Shown here: positions 12,269 to 27,960 of the stretch, one piece after another
Position numbering within the stretch: the stretch's first letter is position 1
Layout of the letters: the number at the start of each line of letters is the position of its first letter
DNA from: Bugula neritina
Taxonomy: Eukaryota; Animalia; Bryozoa
Assembly: GCA_964035545.1 (NCBI GenBank)
Contig: OZ037771.1
Span: forward strand, 6,543,190-6,607,189
Direction of reading: 5' to 3'
Length of the DNA stretch: 64,000 nucleotides
The notes under the pieces: model-generated
Seen by the model: the letters and a program-made list of their open reading frames with translations, nothing else
Told to the model about the DNA's origin: nothing
Database searches by the model: none
Made by a program: the position numbers and the translations under genes

Positions 12269-14587
12269 TCACTCCATTTTTGCTGCAGCTAAAGGCTTTG
12301 TTTCTATTTCTGAAAAACAGGTCTGCTTTTTTGAAGGCTCCTCAGTTTGATTATGCTGCAGCCAAAATGCTGGGCTGAGATAATCGTTAAAAAATCTGGA
12401 CAGTTTGATGAACATGGTTTCTGTGAATCTCAAGTCATGTGTTATGCGTTGAGTTACACTTCCCCTAACAGTAAATACAAAAAAATCACAATATTTAGCT
12501 TTAGTTATTTTAAGCTGACCTTGTACTTGGCCATAATATTGGTGTTTCTTTTTGAGGATTGACTTTGTGCCATCGAAAGATTTTTTTAGAAAGGAAACTG
12601 TATTGAATGATGGGAGATCATCTAAAGCCGGGCACTTAATTTCCAGAATGCCTTCCCCGTGACACTCACAGCTCACTATCCCATCAGGGGAAGCACCTAA
12701 AAATGCAAACTCTGTGGACAAAAACAGTCCACAGTCCCTAACAGTTAGTTTCTTGTGATGAGGGCTGTTTAAATTTAAGTATGTCTGTTTTGCTTTAGCT
12801 TCCATTGAGCGGCCATGCTGAATGGAAGGTACAGAGCTTATGTCTCCTGGGCTTATTAATGAGCTTACTAATTTGCTCATGTCAGTACGTGCGTCCTTAA
12901 CTTGAGATTCCATTCGTGTCTTCACACGATAGAAATTAGAAGCAGTAATTCGGCCATGTCTGAGCAATTTCCAAAGGGGGCTGTCACTCTGCTTCACTGT
13001 TGCTGCTTCTATTTCCCACACTTGATTTCTTGTTATGGACATGGTTCTGACCAATTTAGAGAAATGCTCTGGACTATCTGCGCTCTCTGCCAGGGTTGAC
13101 ATAACCAGATCTTTAAATGGTTCAACTTCTATAAGAAAACTTATCAATCTATATGTATGCTTAATGTACATACACAACACAAAATTTTTGTTGTGTATAT
13201 CAAACATATGCAGTATTACAGAAAATAGAACATTTAGATGGTCAGACATAGTACTCCTTATGTGTTGTACCTTTTAATAATGTGGTTTCTTGAACTTTTT
13301 GCCATTCTTCAAGGCTTGGTTTTTTACCATATTTTTCAAGAATATATGTACTCTCACTAGCAAAGATTTTAAGTTCTTCCTCCCACTCTTTGAAAATTAC
13401 ACCTCCATTGTTACTAGTAGCCACTTTTCTATGCATTCGGGCATAATTCCTGTCTTTTCCTGTAAACAGTAAAGTGCAGCAGTTATAACTATAAATGGCA
13501 CCCTAATTCTATTTTACCAACAGTTAAAATAATATTTATTAACTCAATTATTATTTTAGTAAAAAATTCGCTAAGTAACAGTCATAAACAAAGTTACTTT
13601 AACAATTTAAGCCAAATATTTTCTCTACTTTATTCTTGATGCTTACCTTTTTTATAATCTGGTTTAAAAAAATGAAGGTCAGCAAGACGCCTTGGTGTAC
13701 ACACACTTTTGGTGGAGCGTTTCCAGTTGCACTCTCCGTCAGTGCAACTTCTTTTGAATGGCTCTTTTTGGGATATATAATCAAGTTTGAAAACAACTGC
13801 TGCTATATGGTTGCAAGAGGAGCTAAGCCTGAAATAAAAAATTTAGTTCAGCATGATATGTAAATATTTTTTAAAAACACAGAAAATCATACTCTGGCAA
13901 AATTTGCACACAATACTTATTTATAACTATCATTAAGTCATTTGAAAAATTTGATAGAGCCGGAATATAATATGTCATTGCTTACCCTGCAGTACAGCTG
14001 CACCAAGCAGAAAGTATCTTCCCAGTTATTTGAAGGCAAGCAATCCAAACACTATGTGGGGTTGCAGAAATTCTTTCACTAGGTCTACACACTGTTGTAA
14101 AATATGCTACATTAGATGAAGGTTCATGGTAATATTTTATGGTGCTAACCCAATCATCCGCAAAATATGCATAGGCTTTTCCTTGCTTATATCTGCTATA
14201 CATTTCTGCAGAAAGAGCAGTGTTGGCTTCGTTCACATACATAACAAGATCACTAAATAAAACTTTTGGCCACATTGAAATACTGTCTCTTTCTTCACTC
14301 CAATCTTTAATAGTCAGTGGATCCAGTATTACTGTGCCGTCATTAGTTTTAAGAAGATCTAAATATTCCCGTTTGCTTTGTGCTTCCATCTCTATTGCCG
14401 ACTTTGCAGGCTGATAGTCAAGGTGCATTGCTCCATAAACTAAAGAGATTAACTCAACCTTACTTTTTTTACTATGTGGCAAGTTTCTGATTTTTAGATA
14501 TTCTTTTAGAGCAGTTACTTTCCATGTAGAAATTTCTTCAAATGTCTCTGTCAATTGTTTTTCTTTTGGAGAAACTGCTAATGCCAT
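12269..14587 (-). CDS. Transposon-encoded SAP + SWIM zinc finger + YqaJ/lambda-exonuclease-like PD-(D/E)XK nuclease (~610 aa, 4 exons)
   Basis: Exons 14587-13986, 13828-13647, 13459-13271, 13128-12269 are GT-AG and phase-compatible (1833 nt). SAP-like WKVTALKEYLKIRNLPHSKKSKVELISLV; SWIM CSCTAGLSSSCNH formed across intron 1; nuclease motifs RITASNF, HGRSME, GASPDG, EIKCP, YYGQVQGQL intact. Confidence 0.9.
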
Positions 14588-14589
14588 GT

Positions 14590-16005
14590 TCACAACTGTA
14601 GCTGGTCCAGGATATTACAAGTTTATTTTTATGTTTGCTGGTAAAAACACAAAATAAGTTAAATTGATCATCATAATAAAAAGTGATATTTGTACATAAA
14701 TGAAGTTACCTAAGAATGTGTAACAGGCATCAGTATACAGAGAAAGAAAATAGAATTATTTACTAGAGAAACAGTATTTGTTGCAATATGGTATGGTGTG
14801 TCATTATAACTATTAATTTTGAGTAAAACATGTATAAAATATAACTAACCTGTTGGCTCATGTATACAGATCTCTATAAAATTGAATAAAGCAAAGGTTT
14901 ATAAGCTTTATAAGAAAGCAAAAAAAGCTAGTTCTAATAAAGTTGTGAAGAGTTTTCAAACTGAGCTGCGTTTTGCTGTATCTCTAAAACTACTGCAGCT
15001 GATGAGTATTAAACTATGGTATACATTCACTGCATAGCCCAAAGGTAGCTACATAGCCAGCAGAGGTAGGGAAATAAGGACAGTAACCCTAACAATAATG
15101 GTATAACCCTAAATCCAACAGTAAACAGAAGGCAAATGAATCACATCACAGAGCTTGCTGACGTAGTCTATCTAATCGGAACTAGGAATTTTAATGAGAA
15201 ATTTGTTGTTGCGACAGCATGAGTGAATCATACTGTGGGTGTCTGACAATCATTTACATTCATGTTGTAAATGTAAAATCTGCTAAGGATATCACTTATG
15301 TTTTGCTTGCTATATTATAATACAAATACCTTCTGTTAGAAACTTATGTTTATGTCATTAGTTTGTACGGTACTCGGGCATGCTGGTACTCATACTCATC
15401 TCCTCATAATGAGATTTAGTGGATTATAGTAGCTACACAAAAGGTGAGTAACTATTTCAACAATAATTAACTAAAGTCAGTCGCTGAACATGTTATTTCT
15501 GTCCACATTTGGATAGTTCTGTAGCAAAGCACAGAAGTTTATTGAGCATATGCAGTCTATGTATTTTAGTAATAGATAAAAATTTGTTAGTCTTTCACTT
15601 TTTGCATTTCCAACTAGATCTGGCTAAAAATAGATTTATTTCAATCAGTTTACTGTGAAGGGCTGAGATGCTTGTGAGCAATTTTTCAAATGCTGTTCTT
15701 ATTAAATGCACAACCTTTTGCAAACAGGTAAAGGTTTCAGTCAACAATGGCTACTATATCAAATTTCCTCAACTTTTACTTACTCAAAGTTACCAACATT
15801 AATTACTGGCTTTAGCACAAAACTGTGTTGACAACTTATATTCCAAAATATCTGTGGTATATTCCTTAACTTTACAGCATGCAAGCATTTATGTTGGGGA
15901 AAAAACTTTCACTATCTTTTGTAACACACATTTAGTTATCAGGTTTTGTTCTGGTAGGAATCTAATCCAATACCGAATATTTTGCTTGGCATTTTACAGA
16001 TCGGC
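14590..16005. promoter_or_regulatory. Putative bidirectional promoter with 5'-UTR introns for the two transposon genes
   Basis: The genes diverge from here. Acceptor TTTTACAG just before transposase ATG 16006 with candidate donor AAG/GTGAGT ~15443; minus-strand acceptor ~14639 and donor CAG/GTTAGT ~14849. Confidence 0.4.
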
Positions 16006-18143
<2,138 letters not shown>

Positions 18144-19061
18144 CACTTTTATAATAATATTCTTCTTTATGTGCTATTGTATACGTATTTGCTATACCAC
18201 TATGCTTTATAAATAAAGGTCTGATATTATTACACTTTTGTCATATCTGCTTATCTTAATGATTGTTGAGAAGGATTTTGGGTGAAAGTAAATGGCAGCT
18301 CAGACTTGATACTCATTTTATAAAATGCTAACTTATGCATAAATAATATTCTGTTAGTACCAATATTGTATGCAGTCAGCGTTGAAATATAATGCCTTCG
18401 TTTTGATGGAATCGACATTTTCTCTGTAGCTATCATGTTGCATCACACAATATGAAAAAATATTCAAGCCCAATGTTTAATGACCGTTTATTCTAACATT
18501 CCAAATTATTAGGAGAAAGCCTTTGTATTTTACCCAACTGACTAAAAAATGTATTGGAAACTCATTAGTAAAGTTGTTGATGTTATTGCATTAGCTTCAG
18601 AGCTAAGTACAGATGTTTCATCCAGCAATGACTTGAGACTGAGAAGTTCAACTTTAATATCACTTATACAAACAGGGCAAATTGCATAAAACATTACTTC
18701 ACAGTTAAAAGAAACTAAACTATATTGTCCCATGGCTGATGTCATTACATTTGTAGAATAATCATACTGTTTAGCTAAGTAAATCGTATACAAGAAAGGG
18801 TTATCAACATGGTACCATGGTGATAATACCAACTAACAATATAGACCCACATGCAAGGCACTACATGCTAATACTCATTTTTATACAAAATGTCTACATT
18901 ATCTATTGCTAATACCTGTGCATTTAAACTCAATGCAGATGAATATGTGACGGAGTAAAAAAATGCTGTTCTACAAATTTAAAATAAAATAGTATTGGGT
19001 ACACAAGCAAATAATTTATGGCTATAGCTAGGCTAATGCATTTGTAATGAGCGTGTGAAAT

Positions 19062-20129
19062 AATTTTTTGAATAAGTACATCAAAGTAAACTGAAGCACA
19101 CAAAGTAACCAGACTATGAGAATGTATTTAGTAGTATGCATGGATTTAAAACTAAACCATGAAATGATTATCATTATTGCAACCTCAGTGCTAGGTAGAC
19201 AGGATAGAGAAGGGTGGTGTGACTGCTGTAACTGTGCTACTGCTCTACATACTAACAGAGACTAGCCTAGTGTTTTACGTGCCTTACATAAGATATTATA
19301 ATAGAACTGATAAGTTTGGTGTAGCATGCACTGCCATTGCAGCTCAGTGACTGTGCTAGTGCGCTATGCTCTCGATAATGCTTTACAATACAACCAAGTA
19401 ACAGCACTGGTTGATTTGATGTTCTAAGGCCTAAGTAATGTCTACCTTTGATGAAATCATCCTAAGTTATAACTGCCTACATAGTTGCTTACAAACCAAG
19501 TCAGAAAACTGGCATAGCAAAGTAAGCCAAAACAGATTTCGTAATACTAATAATTTCCCCATACACTCAAGTGTTGTATAGATGACTACAGCATGATCAG
19601 ACTATAAAACTCAACCAAAAAGGGGCGTGTACCAACTCTAAAATATCACCACTATAACTCATATAAAACTCTACATTTTCAAAGACAAATGCATTATTAG
19701 GCCTATCAGATACAATCATTAGCTGGTCATGTAGAGTCCAGCCAATCAGAATCGTATAAAATTGCCTGCAACGTGGCTATATTCAACTGCCAAAAACAAC
19801 TAGCTCATTCACCACTATGTCAATAAAAAAACCATTAAATGTGTTTTGCCAGAACAGCTGGGGTTGTGGTCAAGCTGCTCCAGGGCATTTTTGCAGGAAT
19901 ACATTTTTTAAATGCATTTTTTAAGCATTTAATTTAAACATTTTGAAAAATGAACTCATGGTTCATAAAGTTAAGATATGAAATAAAATAATGCATGTAA
20001 TAAAAGTTGCACAGCTATTTTCTAGAAGTATGCATTTTACATTTGAACTTGCAGAAGTTTATATAAGTTATAGTGGTGAGTGTTTTAGATTTAGTACAAG
20101 GTACTAATTGTACCAAACATACATCGTCT
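19062..20129 (-). repeat. Right terminal inverted repeat (1,068 bp)
   Basis: Reverse complement of 10841-11908. Confidence 0.95.
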
Positions 20130-21802
20130 ATTGTGTGTCACCAGGTGGAATGTTTGAATGAATGGTGGATGTTGGACTGGTTTGTGTCGATTACAATTTT
20201 ATGGAAATGTGTTGAATCTTGAGCCAATATTTCAAGACTAATCAATCATCACAGCTAAAGAGTAGAATTAATGTCAAGTTAATAGAACTGATGAGTTGAC
20301 ATGGTTATGGGTACGAGATCTAAAACTTCAACCAACTACATGCCGAACCTTTAGAGTTATGCAACTAACCAAAATTTGCACTTAATAGTTATAGTTAGGT
20401 GCAGCAACAGCGAAATTCCAATAGCCAGAGATCCTTAATTTTAGTTTAGAGGCCGAAAAAACATAACTATTTTCATTACATTTTTATCTATAACAGGGCT
20501 TAACCTAAATCTCTATTACTGTACCGGCATACCTCTATAATGATATGATATAGGAATTTTAAAGTACATTTGTAGGTATCAGGTTTATATTGATTATATT
20601 TTAAGTAGCTTTTCAATTATGTAATCTAGTAACGAGAGTAAAGAATAGTTTTGAAGTTTAATTTTGAATAATTTGGCAGTTTCACTTTAAGTTACAGCTT
20701 GCAGCAGAGGACGTTAGAGTATATATTTGACTTTCATAGAATTTACCAAATGGATGACAATACTAATAGCCAGGGTGCTGTATATAATTAGAATAAAATA
20801 ATATAACAGTATCAGCAGAGACTCTCAGCGAAGCAGCCAGGAGTATCAAAACAGCACCAGTTGAATAAAGCTCTAACAGAACTTAAATCTCTTATTCAGA
20901 TCATTACAAATAATGGAAGCCTTTGATCTGATGAATTTATTCCTTCATGTATAGACATCTGACAGTACTTGAATACAGCGCCATTTAGTTTCTAGGTTTA
21001 ATCTCTGAATGTTTATGTAACTATTTCCACACTTGAAGCTACTACAGTTTGTATGGCTTACTCTTCACAACAGCTACTTCTACTACCCAGTTACTCTGCA
21101 CTCCTTATGTGTGCTAGCAACTACCATAAGCTTCTGTTAAACGCTTTCATGGTTGGTGAAAAATTTTTTGGCCAAACTCCAAAATAAGTTTAATGTTAAA
21201 TATTATGTATTGAGTATATCTCCTTGTAAAGGTTTTAATAAACCAAAATTAATATCAACTGCTACTGGAGTAGCTTTAATACAAATCAAGTAACTCAAAT
21301 TAGAGTAAACATTCTCCCTGGAATTAGGTCTGCCATAGAACGTCATTGCTGAGAATATTTACAAAAAAGGCTTGTGGATTGAATGGTAAATAAATTAGAA
21401 TCCCAAAAACTATTGGTGGTTTAGTTATTGTTTGGACAGACTAAATCTCATGCTAAAGGCTAAATTTTCTGAAACTGAACCTACACATGGATTGTGTGAA
21501 TCATTATCCACAAAAGATAGCCCATGAAGCTTGCAAGACTTTGAATAAACGAAAATTCCTGTAAAAATGCAGATTCTCATAATTTGTTATTCAAAGATAA
21601 ATAACGAATTTGGCCAGTAAACCTGAGGAAACCATTATGGCAAATAAAACAGTGTAAAAACTGCTACATAACTGTAGTAACAGTTGCAAGAAACAAAAAC
21701 AATATTATTCAGTAACTGCTTTATTTTGTATATAGGCAGCCTTTGTAAAACATTATTGTAGGAGGAGGGGTTTGTTGAGTTACCTAACTGGCTCTATTTC
21801 AA

Positions 21803-21943
21803 GGGTGCAGCAGTGGAGAAATTCAATATCCTAAGTTCTTCACTTTTCTTAACAACTCTTAGTTTGGAGCATGTAGCTTCTTTTGCTACATTTTAATCTA
21901 GAACACAGGCTTTTCTCAATTTCTCCATCGCTGTACCTACCTC
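21803..21943. mobile_element. Short MITE family B, near full-length copy
   Basis: TIRs GGGTGCAGCAGTGGAGAAATT ... AATTTCTCCATCGCTGTACCT; interior matches the other copies. Confidence 0.65.
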
Positions 21944-24260
21944 TTTCAAACTCACTCCACATTAACATGGAACCTCTAAAGGATTGAAACTGTTATATGC
22001 TACAGCTCAGGTTCTGCAATACTTGGGGTTTAACACAAGCTAACGTTAGCAGTAAATTCATTGGTGAAAATTTCAGTGTATAAAATATGCTTGTACTTAT
22101 ATTTAAGTTCCCAACATCTGTTAGACAAAGAAACCTTCTTTGGAATAAATTATCATTATGTAAGCCTAAATCTAGCTTAATTGTCTACTTATCAATTAGA
22201 AAATTTCTAAAATATCAGCATTAGTATTAATAGTATGATTATGATATAACATAGCACTCACCACTATAACTAATTTAAATATACTTATAGTAATAATAAA
22301 AAGTACAAGTAATGGCTAAGGCCAAGACTAATAACATCTAGTATAATTTATATCAACAGCACAGAAGTTACTATTTTCTTCCAGGAGTTTGAAAGAAAGA
22401 ATAGAAAATTATGCAAGGGGGATTTGGTGAAATTAAAAAAAACCGTTTATAGCAGATTGAAGTTGAACATAATGATGAGGTCTAGCAAATATTATAAAGA
22501 AAATCAAGTGATAAGCATTTACTATGGCAATACTTTATACTCACTAGATACTTGTAAGTGGTTAGTAGACCATCAGCTAATCACATGGAGTTAAAATAAT
22601 CGCAGAAGAGAGAGCCGAAGAGAGAAAGCATGGGTAAGGTCCACGATGCAGACACAAATATAAGCATGTGGCTGTTACACTGACAGAGATAGTCTAGTCC
22701 TTGCCGCTTGACTAGCCAGTTATGTGACATAAATATAATAATATATTCATGTTATTTAGATTAGCAAACTAAGCTACACACAGGCATTGGTGGTTTCAAC
22801 CAATAAATAATCAGTTTGAGCCACACACAAGCATCTCACTATACTATTGTTATAGTAGTGTTCATTCATGTTGGTAACGCAGCTAAGCTAGATGTAGTCT
22901 CTAATTATTTTTCAATGAAGCCTGAGATCTAGCACTGTAGTTTAAAAAGTTGTTTACTCAAAAGTTTTCTAAGCTGGGGACCAAAACTTGGGAATTTTAC
23001 TGGGTTGATGATCATAGATAAGAAATAGTATGGCTTTAGATGAACCCAGAAAGATAGTAGATGGAATTACCTCTAGCCAGCCAACACTACGAAACTTTTT
23101 CATTTTCCAAGCCTTTCAATTGCTAAAGTCTGATGATATACTTTCATGTTTGAATTGTGCAAACCTAAAACCAATTCATTTACTTAATTTCAAGATATTT
23201 TTTGAGATGATGGATAAAAATAATAAGACCCAACCCTATTTGGCCATTACTTTTATTTATAAAGACTTTTACATAATTATGTTGACACAGTATTAATTGC
23301 ATTAAATGAGCTACATGCATATATAAAAGTAACTAAGAAACTGCTGTGAATCAAATTCTCCCATCTTCACAATTTTATGGCAAAATAGGGGAGATAATTC
23401 TCTATAGGAGAGGATTGAGAAAGAAATTGAAAAAGCTAAAACGAGATATATTTAGCACCACATGGCGCAATATAATTACCAATTGTGAAATTTGCTAGAA
23501 AAATTTCTAAAGTACAAAAGTTCATAACAAGACAACTTTATGACCATTTGAGCTATTACTGATAATTATTAATGAATAAGATTAGACAATATTAATATTA
23601 GTAAATATATTTACACAGATCATTAGCATGCAATAATTAATGGTTTATGCAGTGCAAGAATATAAAAAACCTCATAAATTATCTACTTAAAAGTTTTATA
23701 GGCAAAAGTAATCTTTCTATAAATAAGATTTTGAATGATGAATAGTGTACAGATCACATCGCTTTTCCCAGACTATTATCAGCTCTTCTTAGACAGGAAA
23801 TTAGACTGCAATCATCCAGTGTCTACATGGTATGATCCAAGGGTAGTTGCAGGTCTAAACAGGCACAAATTGCTGTCCATAATAAACAGAATTCATATCT
23901 TAATCTTATAATTAGGAGAAGACAACTTCCTACCATAATCGGTCTTTATTTCTCACTATTGCGAGTCAAACAAAAATGCGTTGTGCAATTTTAATGAACA
24001 CAAAAATATTTGTTTTATAATTAAATCAATTGTTTTTGAAACCGCAAACCAAAAATTAGACATTACGACAGGAATGAGGCTAAGCAAGAGTGATGGTTTT
24101 ATTCTTTTATGTAATTACTTCTTGTTATTGGTTACACATGCACCACAATAATTAACTTTTGTACTATAAAAATCACCATGTGTGGTGACATGATAAATTC
24201 TATTAATAAGTGTTTTGGATTAGAGCTGTCTAAGCAACAGCAAATTCACACAAAACGGTA

Positions 24261-24399
<139 letters not shown>

Positions 24400-24989
24400 T
24401 TTTTCAGTTATGTAATATGTTTGGTTTTAGTTTGTAACCTTAAAGCCAGGTTCATTTATAATTTATATGTGCCTCATTTTTTAATCATGACAAATTCGCA
24501 ACTTAAATTCAAATCAAAACAAATTACTGCATTTTCAGGTAACCTTTGGTTTAAGATCACTCAGACACTGTAATATGCAGCTGACTGTAAGTTAATTTGG
24601 CAGCAACAATTTACTAGGTACGATATTTTTAATCATATACTGTTTCAAATTGTCAAACTGTCATGCTGCACAGAGTAGCAATGAACTATTAGCATCATCT
24701 AAATTATGTTCTACTTACTTAGCCGAATACTTTGCAGTGCACAATGAAGGTTTTATAAACAACAATGAGCTTGATTTAATGAACTGTCAGTATAAGTAGT
24801 TATACCAACGGGTTTAGTTTTATTTACTAAAACAAGCTTTGAAAACGGTCTTGCAGAATTTACCACCTATAGACCATAATCAATCATTCTGAAGCCAGCA
24901 ACCTTTTTCATCAGCTAAATTATCACGCGACATAAATTAAATAAATGTCTTGCAAAATGCTTTTACAATATGTTTAGGTGTTGCATTAG

Positions 24990-25190
24990 TTTATAGTCAC
25001 CATCGCTGTGAAAAACCCCTGATGAAAGGGTTTTTCGTTGAAGCGGGCTAAGAACTCATTCAAATGAGGCACAAGAGCAATTATGACTGGATCTTCTTCC
25101 TAACATCATCAATGGCCTTTGTCGGGGCTCGAACCCATGACTTCGTGCTTACTAGGCAAGTGCTCTAACCCCCACACCAAGGCTGCTCCC
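24990..25190 (-). mobile_element. tRNA-derived SINE
   Basis: Minus strand starts GGGAGCAGCCTTGGTGTGGGGGTTAGAGC (A-box-like) ... GGGTTCGAGCCCC (B-box). Body TGTTAGGAAG..ATCCAGTCATAATTGCTC shared with three other copies. Confidence 0.75.
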
Positions 25191-25845
25191 TAGGTGTTGT
25201 ATGAGGTTAATGTTTCATTTGAAAAAATTACATTTGCCTAAACTCTGAGTCACTGGTGGCAAAGATTGGCAAGCACTTCACTATGTTGACAATGCGGTTT
25301 GGGGGCATTTGCTGAAGCACAGGAGCACGACTGCTTTTTTCAACATCACTAATGCTCTAACCACTGATAGTAAACCAATGTAATTTTAAAATAGATCGAT
25401 TGTTCCTAAATAATCAATTTGTAAATCAAATTCTCAATATTTTTTATGCTGCTGGTTTTATAGTAGAATATATTGAAAATCAACAATAATAAAGCATTAA
25501 ATGCTCAAATTATTACGTGACATAAATGGGTTTATTTACTTTTTCATAGCAATTTCTACTTTTGCATGCATTACTTGCAAAGTTTATCTGAAAATTAAAT
25601 ACATTCTGCCCTTGATTAACATTATTTCAAACAATTAATTAAACATAGTTTCAGCATATAAATTGTTTTCTCACTAACAATATGTTATATTAGCAAAAAA
25701 GGACATGTTCAACTTCGAATAATCACTTTTCACCACACAGCTGAGGCAATGCATTGCCAGGTTAGCAAATTGTAAATGTATACCATGTAAAATGTAAGCA
25801 TGGCCAACAACTCTCATTGCATCATGCAAGGTTGGCTGGCAGGGA

Positions 25846-26009
25846 GAGGTAGGTGCAGTAATGAAGAAATTGAGAAAGCCTGTGTTCTAGATTAGAAATG
25901 TAGCATAAGAAGTTATGTTATTGCAATAATTTCAACTCGCATCCCAAACCAAAATTTAATAATAAAATTAAAAAACTTAGGCTATTTCAATTTTTCCACT
26001 ACTGCTCCT
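25846..26009. mobile_element. Short MITE family B copy
   Basis: GAGGTAGGTGCAGTAATGAAGAAATTGAG ... TTCAATTTTTCCACTACTGCTCC inverted ends. Confidence 0.6.
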
Positions 26010-26910
26010 AAATGCTGGTAAGGGTGGAGTAACAAAAGGTCATTCTCTGATTATTCTGTGCTCCAGGTCTGATGCTACACCTAGCTTGCTTGCATGCATA
26101 TATTATAGCAATGACATGCACCTCAGAGTATTGTTACAACCAACATTAATCCGTGCATATATATCAAACTATTATGTATAATGTTTATTGCTTTACAATA
26201 GCACCAAATTCTTCTAAGCCATTTCTATTTTTTAATTCTAGAAAGTTCTTTATTCAAATAAAATACAGCTCACCAATAAGCTGCTAGTATTCCAGCCTAG
26301 TGCATACTAATTAAACCAATTTTGTCAACCTTTCACATTTAATGGCAAAATTATTATTTAGTGTGTTTTTTGCTAGGCTATTAAACATAGAATTATAAAT
26401 TGACCACATCCGCTGAAAGTAAGAGTTTGCAAATAGTAGTAAATTGATTGCCCTTCAAGTAATAAACAGCAGCAATTAAACTATCACTAAGAACCATTGA
26501 AGGAGATTTAATGCTGCCACTTGCTACATTAGTGTTCAGAAAACAATAAAAGGGTATAATGAGTATTTAAGAGTAGATTATGTTCCAAACTGGGCTGGTT
26601 TTCTTCTCTAAACATTACAGAGACTTTGTGTGGCCCACCAGAAATATATTGAAGAATGTGATGGGAAGTAAGAAAGAAGTTCAAATGCTAATAATACATG
26701 GGAAAGTGGCTTTTTTGAGTTTTGGCAAATAAAAGGAATTTAAGTAAATAACTGGTCGACTTCAATGAGGTTCATAACCATAAGTATGTGCAAGAATGAA
26801 ATCCTAGTTGGAGTTTAAGACTTCAAACAGCATTTATTCCAATATTTCATCTAAAACTAAAAAATATTTTAGCAAACATAAAATATTAAAAAGAATTATT
26901 TCAAGTTGAA

Positions 26911-27875
26911 TCACTCTTTGTATATAGCATAAACACCAACAACAACAAAAACGTTATTAGTAACGTGTTGAATATGGAGGGAGTTGTCCGTCTTAGTATC
27001 CCAGCAGCAGCGGCTAGCTAGAGTAACAGCTTGACCTTTATTCTCCCCGATGTCTACAGTCACCACCAGTTTGTGTCTGCTGCACCCCAACATCTTCATC
27101 TTATTCTTCACCATGTCTGAAAGCATTTACCACCAACAATAAGAAGCTATAAATACTACCAACAATAGTTGAGGTCTATAAAGCCATCTCGGTGAGATAA
27201 ATGAGCCTTGAAATTAAGTGAATATTGATTGAATATTGTCTAATGATGAATTCTTAGAAGTTTTAAAAGATATTCAACTTCAAATAATAATTCATAAACG
27301 ACAATGAATCATTATGAAAGCTTGCAGATATTGATGAATAGTTTACAAGAGGAATAAATACATATATTGGTACTGGTTTAGCTTTGAATACAAGGTCACC
27401 ATACATAAGCATGAGTACAGATATTCAGGAACAAAGGAGAGTTCAAGTTAATCATTTTCCATTCATTAAACTTTCAAGTTGAAATATTGCCATGTGTTGG
27501 GAAACAAATAAGGAACTCTGAAAGATGAATTCAGTGCATAGCTTTACCATATTAATTGGCATATAACATGATGATGAACTGTGGCTTAACTAATCTCAGC
27601 TTTCCATATAGTCTGGCTAAAAGGTTGGAATATCTGAATATTTCTACAAATCTACCACAAATGTAGAGACAGCAGCTGAAGTGGCCACAAGGTCATAAGT
27701 CATCAAATACAAGCTATTAGCTCTGATTTAACTTGGGGGTGTAAATCAGTATTGCAAATAGAAAAGAGCTTGACCAGAATATTTCACTGAAAAGAATATC
27801 CAAAACTCAGTTTCAACCAAAATGTTATGCAACAACTAATTTCAGATACTCTGAGAAAGCTGTTGGCTCTGCAAT

Positions 27876-27960
<85 letters not shown>

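Noticed and set aside
15084-15112. Two TAACCCTAA telomere-like motifs in the transposon centre
   Set aside because: Only two short separated copies; insufficient to infer function.
20781-22640. TATA/Inr-like signal at ~20781-20815 and ATG-G/GTAAGG at ~22630 suggesting another gene
   Set aside because: No downstream coding exons could be assembled; such motifs are common in AT-rich DNA.
25115-25190. tRNA gene
   Set aside because: The tRNA-like head continues into a dispersed repeat body, and no convincing cloverleaf was seen; it is a SINE.
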